Assembly (NCBI GenBank): GCA_951406725.2
Contig: OX597830.1
Span: 68,882,001-68,946,000, forward strand
Reading direction: 5' to 3'
Length of the DNA stretch: 64,000 nt
Origin: Octopus vulgaris
Lineage: Eukaryota
In this document: positions 51,439 through 59,329 of the stretch, one piece after another
Numbering within the stretch: position 1 is the stretch's first letter
Layout: each line of letters begins with the position of its first letter
Notes under the pieces: model-generated
Database searches by the model: none
Told to the model about the DNA's origin: nothing
The model's input: the letters and a program-made list of their open reading frames with translations, nothing else
Position numbers and translations under genes: made by a program

Positions 51439-54400
51439 TTATATATATATATATGTATATATATGTATATGTATATATATGTATATGTATGAATCTTCAA
51501 GCTCCTTTGTGAATTTTTCCATTATCCTTTGTTGAGGAAATTTGAAATCTCCTTGTCTATTCTTCCAGCACGGATTCCAAGGAGGAATCCATGCGGGGTA
51601 TGTATGTTATTGGGTCTTCATCCCCATGTGCATTAATTTTACCTCCATGTTGTTCCATTGATTAGAACAACTGGAACACCTGTTCTATCCGAGTGCCAGT
51701 TTAATATACGTGTATGCATTTATATATGTGTACATATTTATGCATGCATGTATACATATAACCGTATGTATATATGTATCTATATATGTTTGTATTGGAA
51801 GGGAGAATGTATGTGGGTATGTTGTCCTTATGTTGTGTGATTATGCATTCCTATAGCAATTCACTAGTGTTCATTTTTCTAATGTCTGTGAACATTAAAA
51901 CGACTCCCACCAACACATTCAGTATAACTCAATCCATATTCTGATACTCTCTCTCTCTCTATCTCTCTTTCTCACTCCTTCCATCTTCCCCTCTTCTCTC
52001 TCTCTCTCTCTCTCTATCTATCTTATCTATCTATCTATTTCTCTGTTTCCCTTTCCACCAATCCTTCATTGTTTTATATTTTACTATGTCAGATCAAACA
52101 CAACACATATTTATATGACAATGATTTTGATAACATGTATAATTTCTAAAATATTGATTTGATTTCTAGAGATCGCAGTTTATAGAGTATTCTAGAAGGG
52201 ATGATCCTTATACAGGGCTGTATGACTTGGATCCTAATCATTCACATTTTATCCTTGTTGATAATGGTATTCAGGATGAGTTCAGAAGAATGTTTGAAGA
52301 TACTATTGCAGAAATGAATATTCCAGGTAAATTGTTATTACAGACAAATCTAAACATAACATATGGAGCATAGATGATACACTAAGGATACCTTGTTAAT
52401 TTCATACACGCCATATTATTTTTTTTAACAGGGAATCAGTCGGTTATAAGCAATAGTTAAATTATTGTTAATATATTTATATCTAACTTAAAGCAGTGAG
52501 CAGGCAGAATCATTAGCATGCTGGTCAAAATACTTAGCAACCTTTCGTAGCTCCTATTTGTTCTAACTTAAAATTCCACTAATATTGACTTTGCTTTTCC
52601 TCATTTGGGGTCTACAAATTAATTACCAGTTGAGCACTGGGATTGATAAAATCAACTTATCCCCTCCTTCGCAGTTACTGGCCTTTTACCAAAATTGGAA
52701 ACCAATATATTTACATCTAAACTATTCTATTTTTTTAAAGCCAACCAATTAACATTTACTCAGTGATTCTCCTATTGTGATGTTGATATATTCAGTAGAG
52801 TCAGTGTTTTGCTGATGAGGTTACAATAAGGTTGAAATATATCTGGATCTGTCTCCAGTACCTGCCACTATGTAGCTTTGTCCACTATACTGAAATAATC
52901 ATTTTCTCTTTTTCCAAACATATTCTTCATTTTCCTAAATATTTTATGTAACTTTTATTTAGGGAATGCTGATGTCACCTTTGGGCTGGTGTCCCTTCTG
53001 ATATTCTTCATCTCCTTGGTTGAGTTTAAAGCACGTATCTGGTCCTGTTTTTGCAGCTAAACTTCAATCCCATCTTATTACTGTGGCAATGCATTTTTTT
53101 TTATCGCTATTTTATAAATACTTCCATGGTCATTCTTCTGCCTCACTTTCTCCTCTTGTCCCTCTTCTAAATATGGCTAATTGAGTGATTCATCTATTTG
53201 CTCTTTCTTATCCTTTTACTGTTCTTATTCCCTCCAGTCAGAAATGTTTGTAATTTCAGTGTCCCCCGCCCCACTATCTATCTTACAGAATTCTATTTTT
53301 TCTTGTTTCTCAGATAAATATCATTTTCAGTTTTCATTTCTTGCACTGATTCCTTTTTTTTATTCTTATTACAGCTTCTCATTAGACCAGAAAGTTGATC
53401 TCCCCAAAAGATTAGCTCTCAAGTTCCTAAACACTTTAAATATTTTAATATTGGTTTAAAGTGATGCCAAATTAAGGCAGGCATGGATTTTATTGGCTCT
53501 TGTTACTTTTGGGATCACTGGATGGGTCTGATAGAAGTCCCTTGACAACAACACAGCTACCCTTTTGAGATCCGCTGTCATTCTATTCTTTATTGATTTG
53601 TCCAGAGCCTCCAGAGCTCTTTTGTTTACAATTGTGTAACAATCCAAGACAATAATTTGGCATCTTTTAAGAATTTGTCTGACTTCCAAACTCATGGCAA
53701 TTTGGCACACAGGTGCATCAAGTCCTACAGGAACTTGAAAACTGAATTTGCTGTATTTCTCCCTGGAAGAGTGTGGAAGCAAGAGCTGAAAAACAGCTGC
53801 AATTACTGTAGTATTATGTTGATAGCCATTTCATGTTGTAAAAGAGGGCTTGAATGGTCCAGTAACTCTGAGAGCAATCTATTACTCTTGTATGGTCACT
53901 CATGTTTCATAAATCAAAGACGTGAACCCAGACAGAAATATAGACAACCTTTTCAAGACTCCAATGACAAAACAAGCAGATGTAAACAGCTACAATGATT
54001 GATTTCAATACTGTCTACGATCGTGCCACTCAGAATTATGAGTTAGTGGCAGTCTACCATTTCCTTTATCTGATTCTACATGTTCTGTAGAGGATGGTCC
54101 TGAAACCACAATGTGTGGGTCATTCCCTATCAAGTTGGGATCCACAATAAACTAATCCTTATCAGCATTTCCTTTTGATGATATATTGAGAGACTTTGGC
54201 AAGCAATAGACTGAAACAAGAATGTCTTTCCAGTTCTACTATCAAGTTCCAAGAAGCCAGTTCCAGAGTCTTGTTCTTGAACCCTATCAAAAATAGCAGA
54301 AGACATTTCCCTTTGCTCTTCAGTGAATTTGAATTAATATATCAACATTATATTCTTATTTCTTAAAGCTTTATTGTTCAAATAAGTTTTGTACCATTTC

Positions 54401-56588
54401 CTTCATTCAGATTTAATAAAACCATAAACATTCTAATACATGGCTTCAAATTCCTTCTCAGTGAAAGTCAGTACCACCAATCAGACACACTTGGTACTAT
54501 TCCATTAGTCATTACCAAAGGAGATATTAATCTCAGGGCTTTATTCCAACAAATGACTTACAAAGATCGAACTTTACATATTTCTGCTCTCTATTGATTC
54601 TCAATTCATTAACTTTCCTCAGTATTCAATGAAAAGCGATACATCCAGAATATTCTACTGATAAAGTGTCTTTGGTGCATTTCCATGACCACCCATCATT
54701 AGTGAGAGAAACACAATAAGAAGATTAATTATAAAATGAAAGATTACATATGATCAATTATCATAATTTCAAATTTGCACAATTTCAGTTCGATAAATAA
54801 ATTTCAATCACCTGATATGTCAGTATTAGGGGTTGATGCACATAGCAATGTATTAAGCAGAAGCTCTACATTAAGCGAGTCTTAAACTAAATTGTTACCT
54901 TTCTATATAGGTTTTAGAAGAAGAGAGATAAAGTAAAGGTAAGAGAGAAGTGAAAAAAGTATTGATAATATTAGAATGAGAAAGAAAAAGAAGGAAAATG
55001 ACGAAAGTAGAAAAGCGTTTAATGAGATGAAGGAAGAAGCAGAATAGTAAATGGGAGCGTTGTGTTGGCAGCAGAGATCAGGCAATAGTTATATATGAAA
55101 GAAAGAGAAGTAAATGATAGAAACAATAACTTCTCAAGTATATGATAGATATATATTTGTTGTATTTTTATATGCTTTCTATAATGATGAAGCAATTAAT
55201 TAATGACATTTGTTGATTGCTTAAGATAGATGTGGCTAATGTTCAGGTTGATCAGCCACAAGTTAATGCCAGTTTGAATAAGTGTTACAAGAGTAATGTG
55301 TGTGAATATGATTTTGAGAGATTAACATCTTGAGGAGGAAGTATTTGGAAAAGTGGTTAGTTTGGAAATGAGTGGGAACACAAAGAATTGTTAATGAGAG
55401 GAATAATGACCAGTGTATTATCAGCAAATATATAAGAGTCAGGAGACAGAGCTTTTGCAGAGAGAAATCTTGACCAGCCAGATGCTTGGTGTTCATTTCT
55501 GTGTAATATAGGTTATTTCTGATGTTTAAGTGCAGTCCCTTCCCTGTTGTGGAGACCGCATCAATTGAAGGTCTCACAATGAAGAACTTTGTAGAAAGTT
55601 GTACAGAGTTGAAGTATGATCTGGTTCAAAAAAGGAAGACACCTTGACACACTTGTTTGATATATTACAGATTTGAGATTGCCAGGAGAGATACTCAGTA
55701 ATTTAGAAGCTTAGATTGTGTGGTGACCTTAAGGATTTAGTTGTATGCAGTTTTAAGACTAGAGGGGGTAAGTGGTTGGAGAATGTTTCTTTGTTATGAG
55801 CATTATGTCGTTTTTATTATACTGTTGAAATAAACAAGATTATAGAGGTTATGTTGAATTTATATAAAACATCTGTGTTGCTAACACCTGTGTGTGACAG
55901 TTTAAGAAGCTGTGAAGAATGGTATCACCTGTAAATTAAGCATTTCTATCTTTTCTGATTTAACATATGTGCCCCATCTTAGTAGGGTGCTAAGAGCACC
56001 ATCCAAGCATGATCGTTGCCAGAGCGGCTAACTGTCTTCCATGCTGGTGGCATGTAAAAGGCACCATTCGAGCGTGATCGCTACCAGCGTCGCCTTACTG
56101 GCACCTGTGCCAGTGGCATGTGTAAAAAGATTCGAGTGAGGTCATTGCCAGTACCGCCTGACTGGCCCCTGTGCCGGTGACATGTAAAAGCACCCACTAC
56201 ACTCTTGGAGTAGTTAGCGTTAGGAAGGGCATCAAGCTGTAGAAATTCTGCCAGATCAAGATTGGAGCCTGGTGCAGCCATCTGGTTCACCAAACCTCAG
56301 TCAAATCATCCAGCCCATGCTAGCATGGAAAGCGGACGTTAAACGATGATGATGAACAATTCTAAATTTATTACAATTAAGTCTCTCTATTGTTTGTAGT
56401 ATTTGGCAGATGGATTTAACACCTACGTATACATATCTTGTATTAGTGAAAGAGTATTAGATTTGTATAGTAATGTTTTCTTAAGAGATGGGTTAGTTGT
56501 TGATTATGAGACAAACTGAATTAATTAACATGTGTGTCTTTCTAATATATATATATATATACATATATATATTAGAAAGACACACATG

Positions 56589-56648
<60 letters not shown>

Positions 56649-56691
56649 TATACACACATATATATATATACACACACATATATATATATAT

Positions 56692-56734
<43 letters not shown>

Positions 56735-58124
56735 TATATATATACACACACACATATATATATACATATATAAAGGAGGATGGAACTTGAGGAGGAGGAA
56801 GACCTATAAATATGTGGGAAAAAGTATGTAAAATGACCTTCAGATTTTGAGTTTCACAGAGGATATGACAAAGAACTGGGATAATTGATCATTTGGGCTT
56901 CAGGAGATCTGTCTATCTATGTAAAATCGATGTCCTAAAGGCATGTTGTTTATTTCTATACCCCTGCACACAATCCATGTCTCTGAATCTCTCCCCCAAA
57001 ACATATCTTCCTGCCCCCTCCCTCCACTCACATTCACTGCATTTTTCTCCCCTCCATCTCCTACTCACCTTTCATAAACTTACCTACCCACTCACTCTAG
57101 CCAATCTTCTGTACCAATTCCTATAGATACACCTCCCTGTAATTTGATGGAATGCCCCAATACATCTTCTTCACCCTCTTCCCTCTCCCTCTGGTTCCAC
57201 CTGGAGTAGCCATGTATCTCTTCTACTGCAACATATCTGTTTCTATCTCCTTATTCATACTCTAACTTCTCATCAGCTAGCACAAAGTTACCTCCCTCAC
57301 TACTACTCCCCCCACTCAGTTGCAGTTTCTTGTTTTGCAAGTTACTTGGTCACCTCTCTAGTGTTGGTGCCACATAAAAAGCACCCAGTAAACTCTGTAA
57401 AGTGGTTGGTGTTAAGAAGAACATCTGGCTGTAGAAACCATGCCAAAGCAAATGGTAGAGTCTGGTATGGTCTTCTGGCTTACCATCCAACCCGTACCAC
57501 AATGGAAGAAGGACATTAAATAATGTTGGTATAGACGACGACGACGATGATGATGATGATGATGATGATGATGATCATCATCATCATCATCATCATCATC
57601 TTCATCATCATGGTATTGATTTATGTTTTCTAAAACCTGAAGTTATGCTAAACTTTATATTCTAGTCAAGTCATACTTTATACATTTTAGACCTAAATGA
57701 GGTTATACTTAATGTGAGATGTATTTTAGAATCAGTTATATTTTATTATTAAGATATAATTAAAAAGATATACATTTTACTTTAATCATTTATATATTTT
57801 TACCTCAATCAGGTATGTTTTGTACTTTAACCAGGTATGCATTACACCATGATCTGGTTATACCTTCTACTTTAACCAGGTATATTTAAAAATTTAATCA
57901 TGTATATGTTTTATACACTAACTAGATATGTTTTACCTTAATCAGGCATATTTCATAATTTAATTAGATATATATTTTTTCTTAATCAATTTATATTTTC
58001 TGCTATAATTTTAGAGACAAAAGTCAAGATTCCAGCTGTTGCAGTAATGGTTGGAGGTGGACCTGGAACTCTGAAGTCAATGCATGATTCAATATCACGC
58101 AACATCCCAGTTGTAATAGTAAAG
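3467..58124 (+). CDS. TRPM: Partial spliced CDS of a TRPM-family (TRPM2-like) gene with two tandem N-terminal SLOG/MHR1-2 modules; open at both ends
   Basis: Exons 3467-3644, 8767-8930, 13083-13257, 18713-18825, 24139-24212, 25521-25702, 29012-29106, 33670-33701, 36573-36654, 42047-42230, 43621-43772, 52170-52326, 58015-58124 total 1698 nt (566 codons) with no stop. All introns are GT..AG and the phases match. TRPM MHR1-3 motifs seen: [40 protein letters not shown], VGGGxx[20 protein letters not shown]. Confidence 0.8.
3661..3750. repeat. (AAT)n microsatellite
   Basis: About 30 AAT units immediately downstream of the exon A1 donor. Confidence 0.95.
3751..4715 (+). mobile_element. 3' part of an R4/Dong-clade LINE (Zn-knuckle and restriction-like endonuclease), interrupted by a SINE
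   Basis: CRICGK...[27 protein letters not shown], resuming at 4176 as HWLLCRK, then RPDI, IIDVAVP and DKYGDL motifs; contains stops and frameshifts. Confidence 0.8.
3871..4175 (+). mobile_element. tRNA-derived SINE with 13-bp target-site duplication
   Basis: A-box tgacctaatgg and B-box ggttcgaatc; flanking near-direct repeats atagcctccactg (3858-3870) and atagccttcactg (4176-4188). Confidence 0.85.
4752..4940 (-). mobile_element. Degenerate tRNA-derived SINE; related copies at ~35590-35790 (-), ~36110-36310 (-) and ~52493-52706 (+)
   Basis: Shared motifs gaaaggcaaagtcgacc...atttgaa and actggtatttaatt; the plus-strand copy at 52493 shows the tRNA-like head. Confidence 0.6.
5000..5295 (+). 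mobile_element. R4/Dong-clade LINE fragment
   Basis: [31 protein letters not shown]...[12 protein letters not shown]; preceded by (AAT)n at 4943-4985. Confidence 0.75.
5400..6895 (-). mobile_element. Decayed ORF1/gag-like region with CCHC zinc knuckle and structured 5' leader (probably L1/Tx1-type)
   Basis: The minus strand at ~5810-5860 translates as [14 protein letters not shown] (C-x2-C-x4-H-x4-C); GC-richer, hairpin-rich upstream segment at 6670-6895. Confidence 0.45.
7410..7860 (-). mobile_element. Mariner transposon 3' half with one terminal inverted repeat
   Basis: LLHDNTRPH...[18 protein letters not shown] and C-terminal GEYIID; terminus ta-ttgggttggcaagtaagtt at ~7410; frameshifted. 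Confidence 0.9.
8767..8930 (+). CDS. TRPM: TRPM-like exon A2
   Basis: ttgcag|AT GCT TGG...GAG|gtaaat; [55 protein letters not shown]; phase 1 to 0. Confidence 0.93.
10433..10529. repeat. (TATG)n(TA)n microsatellite
   Basis: Direct repeat. Confidence 0.95.
10560..11350 (-). mobile_element. Degenerate Tc1/mariner-superfamily (maT/DD37D-like) transposase remnant
   Basis: Minus strand ~10700-10950 reads [28 protein letters not shown]...[16 protein letters not shown], compare QQDSAPxH and WPPNSPDxNPLDY. Confidence 0.7.
11410..12340 (-). mobile_element. R4/Dong-clade LINE 3' fragment
   Basis: [14 protein letters not shown]...WLRKSDLK, followed on the minus strand by endonuclease motifs RRPDIVV and IDIAI; ends at an (ATT)n tract near 11410. 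Confidence 0.75.
13083..13257 (+). CDS. TRPM: TRPM-like exon A3
   Basis: ttctag|GGA...CCA G|gtaagt; [58 protein letters not shown]; carries the [14 protein letters not shown] hallmark. Not in the ORF track. Confidence 0.93.
14130..14900 (-). mobile_element. Helitron Pif1-helicase remnant (copy A)
   Basis: Collinear homology to 53440-54150, which translates to a Pif1-like helicase segment. Confidence 0.6.
16779..17130. mobile_element. Foldback/MITE-like insertion with long inverted arms
   Basis: 16786-16900 is an inverted repeat of ~16945-17050; outer termini tatatttcattg / caatgaaatata; absent at the homologous site in copy B (~56420-56440). Confidence 0.7.
17860..18060 (+). mobile_element. 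RTE-type 3' end/SINE-like element ending in (GAT)n; homologue at 57340-57610
   Basis: aaaagcacc..gtaaactctgtaaa..ggttggtgttaagaag...gttaaatgatgatg, the same tail family as 55975-56355 and 61510-61685. Confidence 0.6.
18150..18700. repeat. Degenerate ~23-nt palindromic minisatellite (ATACCT-taatc-AGGTAT) upstream of exon A4; homologue at 57640-58000
   Basis: Repeated variants such as tatacctaaatcaggtata, taccttaatcaggtatg and tacattaattaggtat. Confidence 0.65.
18713..18825 (+). CDS. TRPM: TRPM-like exon A4
   Basis: ttttag|AG CAA...AAG|gtcagt; [38 protein letters not shown]; phase 1 to 0. Confidence 0.92.
20110..23815 (-). mobile_element. Tx1/L1-clade LINE ORF2 (APE, RT, C-terminal Cys-rich domain), frameshifted, with polyA signal and (ATCC)n(ATTC)n tail
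   Basis: ORF pieces 22434-23621 ([26 protein letters not shown]), 21931-22437 ([18 protein letters not shown]), 21234-21881 (GGLGMP) and 20605-21381 ([13 protein letters not shown]). [11 protein letters not shown] at ~23810 marks the APE start. AATAAA on the minus strand at ~20222-20227. Confidence 0.92.
24139..24212 (+). CDS. TRPM: TRPM-like exon A5
   Basis: tatcag|GGA TGT...GG|gtatgt; [24 protein letters not shown](G), matching the TRPM GSGxAAD motif; ends phase 2. Confidence 0.88.
25521..25702 (+). CDS. TRPM: TRPM-like exon A6
   Basis: ttctaag|G AAA...AAA G|gtaaga; [60 protein letters not shown], matching the TRPM 'LITVF...D.D.AIL.AL.K' pattern. Confidence 0.88.
25900..26450 (+). mobile_element. 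Penelope-type terminal-repeat-like fragment carrying a hammerhead-like motif
   Basis: CTGAAGA (26209-26215), a long hairpin, then GAAAC (26279-26283); the surrounding sequence resembles Penelope terminal repeats as recalled. Confidence 0.4.
26590..28050 (-). mobile_element. R4/Dong-clade RT fragment
   Basis: [14 protein letters not shown]...YKYLGI; minus strand also gives HLLYMDDLK at ~27160-27180 and [10 protein letters not shown] at ~27270-27295. Confidence 0.8.
28190..28810 (-). mobile_element. R4/Dong-clade endonuclease fragment
   Basis: Minus-strand [15 protein letters not shown] and RPDI-like motifs; degenerate. Confidence 0.6.
29012..29106 (+). CDS. TRPM: TRPM-like exon A7 (start of MHR3)
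   Basis: ttacag|CG CAG...AAA|gtaaga; [32 protein letters not shown], matching the TRPM 'QL.LA..WNR.DIA...IF' pattern. Confidence 0.87.
29897..29958. repeat. (TG)n microsatellite
   Basis: About 30 TG units. Confidence 0.95.
30975..32625 (+). mobile_element. Penelope-like element (RT and GIY-YIG), degenerate
   Basis: [48 protein letters not shown], and [29 protein letters not shown]; many frameshifts; C-rich strand. Confidence 0.88.
33670..33701 (+). CDS. Putative 32-nt linker micro-exon ([10 protein letters not shown])
   Basis: Pyrimidine-rich tract then tttcag|GAAGATGATGTGGACACTTCAGAAGAAGCGAG|gtaatg. Phase 0 in and phase 2 out, exactly the phases needed to join exon A7 to the 36573 exon. 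No homology support. Confidence 0.6.
36573..36654 (+). CDS. TRPM: TRPM-like exon B0 (start of second N-terminal module)
   Basis: gtttag|A TCT...AAG|gtaatt; (R)[27 protein letters not shown], matching the TRPM 'TDAFG.I.F......K' motif that precedes YVRV; phase 2 to 0. Confidence 0.8.
36830..37500 (+). mobile_element. Old RTE-clade RT fragment
   Basis: [25 protein letters not shown]...LYLTF...KTFDRIP, compare QFGFVPGRST...QEKYL...DLEKAFDRVP. Confidence 0.65.
38810..41700 (+). mobile_element. Near full-length degenerate RTE-clade LINE inserted only in copy B
   Basis: APE motif WTWYSPDG...[12 protein letters not shown]; RT motifs [13 protein letters not shown] and YADD; [20 protein letters not shown]; RTE-like 5' UTR at 38810-38935; the flanks join up relative to copy A at ~2700. 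Confidence 0.85.
42047..42230 (+). CDS. TRPM: TRPM-like exon B1 (paralogue of A1)
   Basis: atatag|ATT...AAT G|gtataa; [61 protein letters not shown]; flanking intron sequence is homologous to that of A1. Confidence 0.9.
43621..43772 (+). CDS. TRPM: TRPM-like exon B2 (paralogue of A2)
   Basis: tcgcag|AT GTC TGG...; [51 protein letters not shown]. Donor is either the homologous site at 43773 (gtaaag) or an in-frame gtgagt at 43761. Confidence 0.88.
44180..45745 (+). mobile_element. Non-autonomous Helitron-like repeat with internal ~240-nt tandem units
   Basis: Unit 'catttccacaattttcaaccgattttcaccaaactttatac...catgcactataaca' recurs at ~44225, ~44470 and ~45545; a ctag|atatatataaaa junction at ~45512; absent in copy A. 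Confidence 0.5.
45950..46285 (+). mobile_element. Diverged CR1-type LINE 3' end
   Basis: Similar to the C-terminus and 3' tail of the element at 49230-50590 (CNSLG...RDL...PDE; ggcggtgcaccagcatggcc). Confidence 0.65.
46286..46962. repeat. (TA/TATG)n low-complexity tract ending in (CAT)n
   Basis: Direct reading; the YI/MY ORFs here are artefacts. Confidence 0.95.
46963..48925 (-). mobile_element. RTE-3'-UTR-derived element expanded into a modular tandem array
   Basis: 46963-47105 is the reverse complement of the RTE-type tail family (compare 56185-56350), followed by ~60-70 nt modules that form ~300-360 nt higher-order units. Confidence 0.7.
49230..50590 (+). mobile_element. Young 5'-truncated CR1-clade LINE with open RT/C-terminal ORF
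   Basis: YGFRPGR...[13 protein letters not shown]...[11 protein letters not shown]...YADDTK...[10 protein letters not shown]...SLERRR, uninterrupted to the stop at 50512; 3' tail ttaaggatttaaggattt; embedded in (TA)n. Confidence 0.93.
50590..51490. repeat. (TA/TATG)n tracts enclosing an exact copy (50980-51147) of 46940-47105
   Basis: Direct comparison of the two segments. Confidence 0.9.
52170..52326 (+). CDS. TRPM: TRPM-like exon B3 (paralogue of A3)
   Basis: ttctag|AGA...CCA G|gtaaat; [52 protein letters not shown]; 18 nt shorter than A3. Confidence 0.9.
53440..54150 (-). mobile_element. Helitron Pif1-helicase remnant (copy B)
   Basis: ORF 53456-53782 reads [28 protein letters not shown]...[26 protein letters not shown], compare Helitron Pif1 IVWDECTM...LEALDR...GDFRQTLPVIP...ACLK. 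Confidence 0.75.
55975..56355 (+). mobile_element. RTE-tail-family non-autonomous element with (GAT)n end, copy B only
   Basis: ggtgacatgtaaaagcacccactacactc...aggaagggcatc...catgctagcatggaaagcggacgttaaacgatgatg; absent at ~16700 in copy A. Confidence 0.7.
56545..56772. repeat. (TA)/(CA) microsatellite
   Basis: Direct reading. Confidence 0.95.
58015..58124 (+). CDS. TRPM: TRPM-like exon B4 (paralogue of A4)
   Basis: ttttag|AG ACA...AAG|gtcagt; [37 protein letters not shown]; canonical GGPGT motif. Confidence 0.91.
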
Positions 58125-59329
58125 GTCAGTAAATAGACTATTATGTAAATAAGGTTACTGAGAGTTTATTCAGTTCATAATGTTTACATATCTGAAGAAG
58201 CTTGTGGTTAAGAAAACTAAAAGGAAGGACTATATGAATGTTTTGTTGGTGCAGAATTTTCCATAAATATTTTATTTAATGATTTACCGGTTTTTGGTTT
58301 CCTGGTCAACTGCTTAAATCTTATGACTGTCTCTATTGGATGAATGACTTTATATGTACTTAATTAAGAGTATTTTATAACAAATATTCTTTTAAAAATC
58401 TGTCTTTCAACCAAAAATAGTAATTTATTTGCCATTGCTAGTGGTCAACCTCTTCTGTTTTCCTTCTTGTTGCTACTTTATATGAACCCCCTCGTACATT
58501 AATGGTCCTTGAAATTATACCACTCGCTAATTTCCATGTGTAATGAAATGACCAGCAAAGTGTTGCTTCTTCTTCACCTTAATTATACATCATTCATCTC
58601 TTTGCATTTCTACCTTACAAAACACTAACCCACCTGTAATTGGATTTCATTTCTCATAATTTTGTTGTTCATTAGATGTGTTCCTTGGCCTTTGACCCAT
58701 CACTTTAATTTTTTGCACCACCTAATTCATCTTCTGTGTACTACCTGTAACTCTTCCTCATCTCGAATTAACATAATTGTAGGCCTACCACAATTTCCAA
58801 TCTTTCTTCTCTGATTTCTCTGTTCTTCCTTTGTCTCCTTATGGCTCAGAAAAGTGCAGTCTTTCTGGCCTTCCTTATACACGATGTGCCAAACTATTCC
58901 TGCTTCCACCACAACATATTACAGAAATCTCTCCTTTGTAACAGAAACACCTCATGCCTCTGCCTCCACCAGTTGTCTCATCCACATTTATGCATGTACT
59001 GAAATGAGACCTTGTTACTTTTTAGTCAATTAAGAAACTACCTTTTTCTTTTCTTTCTACTTGTAATGAATTAACCAATTAGCTGTTTTCTTAATTTTCA
59101 TTATTTACCCATTTATGTTTGTATTAATGGTGCTTATAATGACAATGCTTGTACTACACTTACTTCCAGTAGAGACAGTCATTTGAACATGAATGAATGA
59201 TAATATATTAATGCGAGTGGAACTGATACATGTCTGCTGGTAAATGCTCAATGAAACCTTCTTTTCAAATGTTGAATGTCATCCCTCCTTTCTAAGTTCC
59301 ATGTCATGTCCCTTTCCACACCTTATGTA

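Noticed and set aside
46259-51535. Many long Y/I/M/C/H-rich ORFs on both strands
   Set aside because: They are translations of TA/TG microsatellites that lack stop codons.
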